A stretch of 64,000 bases of DNA from Chrysomallon squamiferum. Lineage: Eukaryota; Animalia; Mollusca. This document shows, in pieces, positions 63,408 through 64,000 of the stretch. The position numbers were made by a program, and so were the translations under genes. The stretch spans positions 5,704,001 to 5,768,000 of the forward strand of contig CM022677.1 of the NCBI GenBank assembly GCA_012295275.1, in the 5' to 3' direction. Under the pieces are notes generated by a model. The model was not told where the DNA came from. It saw nothing but the letters and a program-made list of their open reading frames with translations, and did no database searches. How positions within the stretch are numbered: the first letter of the stretch is position 1; the number at the start of each line of letters is the position of its first letter.

Positions 63408-64000
63408 CACGGGTTTGAAAGTCAAGTGTTATCTAGGGCCGCATGAGAAAATTTGTGTATGATCGGGGCCGGACCAACAGAACTAAGAAACAAAAAGTGT
63501 TTAATACACTGTACTATAATCAGTTTATATTTATTGCATCTGCAGTAGGCTTAATTTATAATGAAATTGAGAGGGAAAAATACAATTTTAAACGACAGTA
63601 TATACTTTGCAGTTTGCAGCAGCAATACAGATATTGTATAAAAGTTACACCAGTTCAAAACTTAACATTTATTCAATCATTTTTATTGTTTTGTCTTAAG
63701 GCTTGACACCTCTTCTTGTTGACGAATTTTGGAATATCTGTGCAGTTCTGACTTTGATCAGAAATTACAAGTGTTGATCAGTCATTCTTCTTCTCTGAGA
63801 AGTTTTTGTTGATTTCGTGAAGGAAAATAATGTTCATCAACCAAAAAACAACACATTGCCATAATCTTCGTTGCAAACTTTCTTGTGTCTCTAAACTTCT
63901 CAGGAAGGTAGGAAAAGAAACCAGTATCCCCACTTCAAGATAATTTACTCCAACTCTTATTTATAAATTTAGTATTTGTTTCTTATTGGCAATTCTTTCT
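63408..64000 (-). mobile_element. 3' end of a decayed hAT transposon (Charlie/SPIN/GTF2IRD2-like transposase C-terminus)
   Basis: The minus translation FFSYLPEKFRDTRKFATKIMAM..FSFTKSTKTSQRRRMTDQHL*FLIKVRTAQ..VNKKRCQA matches the hAT dimerisation region. The terminus cacgggtttgaaagtca...gggccgcatg resembles Charlie-type ends. Confidence 0.85.

Overview
AT-rich, microsatellite-dense, intron-containing animal DNA, most likely a mollusc (inferred from the nSTAND3-type gene and the repeat spectrum). No intact protein-coding gene was found, and almost all ORFs in the supplied track are translated microsatellites. (1) 1-19.5 kb is a cluster of unprocessed pseudogenes of unrelated housekeeping genes, identified by manual exon translation. 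MARS1 (minus) and CAMSAP/Patronin (plus) diverge from a CpG-containing GC-box promoter at about 8.9 kb; CAMSAP sits behind a foreign first exon. A recent inverted copy of part of CAMSAP lies at the left edge, and the last exons of DHX8/PRP22 (minus) lie behind another CpG-rich segment. Reading frames are broken but most GT/AG sites survive. (2) 20.6-22.2 kb is an array of about 30 copies of a 54-bp unit that appears to have grown out of a promoter/first-exon module. (3) 23.5-55.8 kb is a mosaic of collinear, decayed direct duplications of non-coding modules, with LINE, Penelope-like and hAT-MITE insertions and a 1.8-kb (CT)-rich tract. (4) 57-59.4 kb is a disrupted nSTAND3-type NTPase gene with a RHIM-like N-terminal exon. 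(5) The window ends in a decayed Charlie/SPIN-type hAT transposase. All family calls come from remembered consensus motifs, not database searches.
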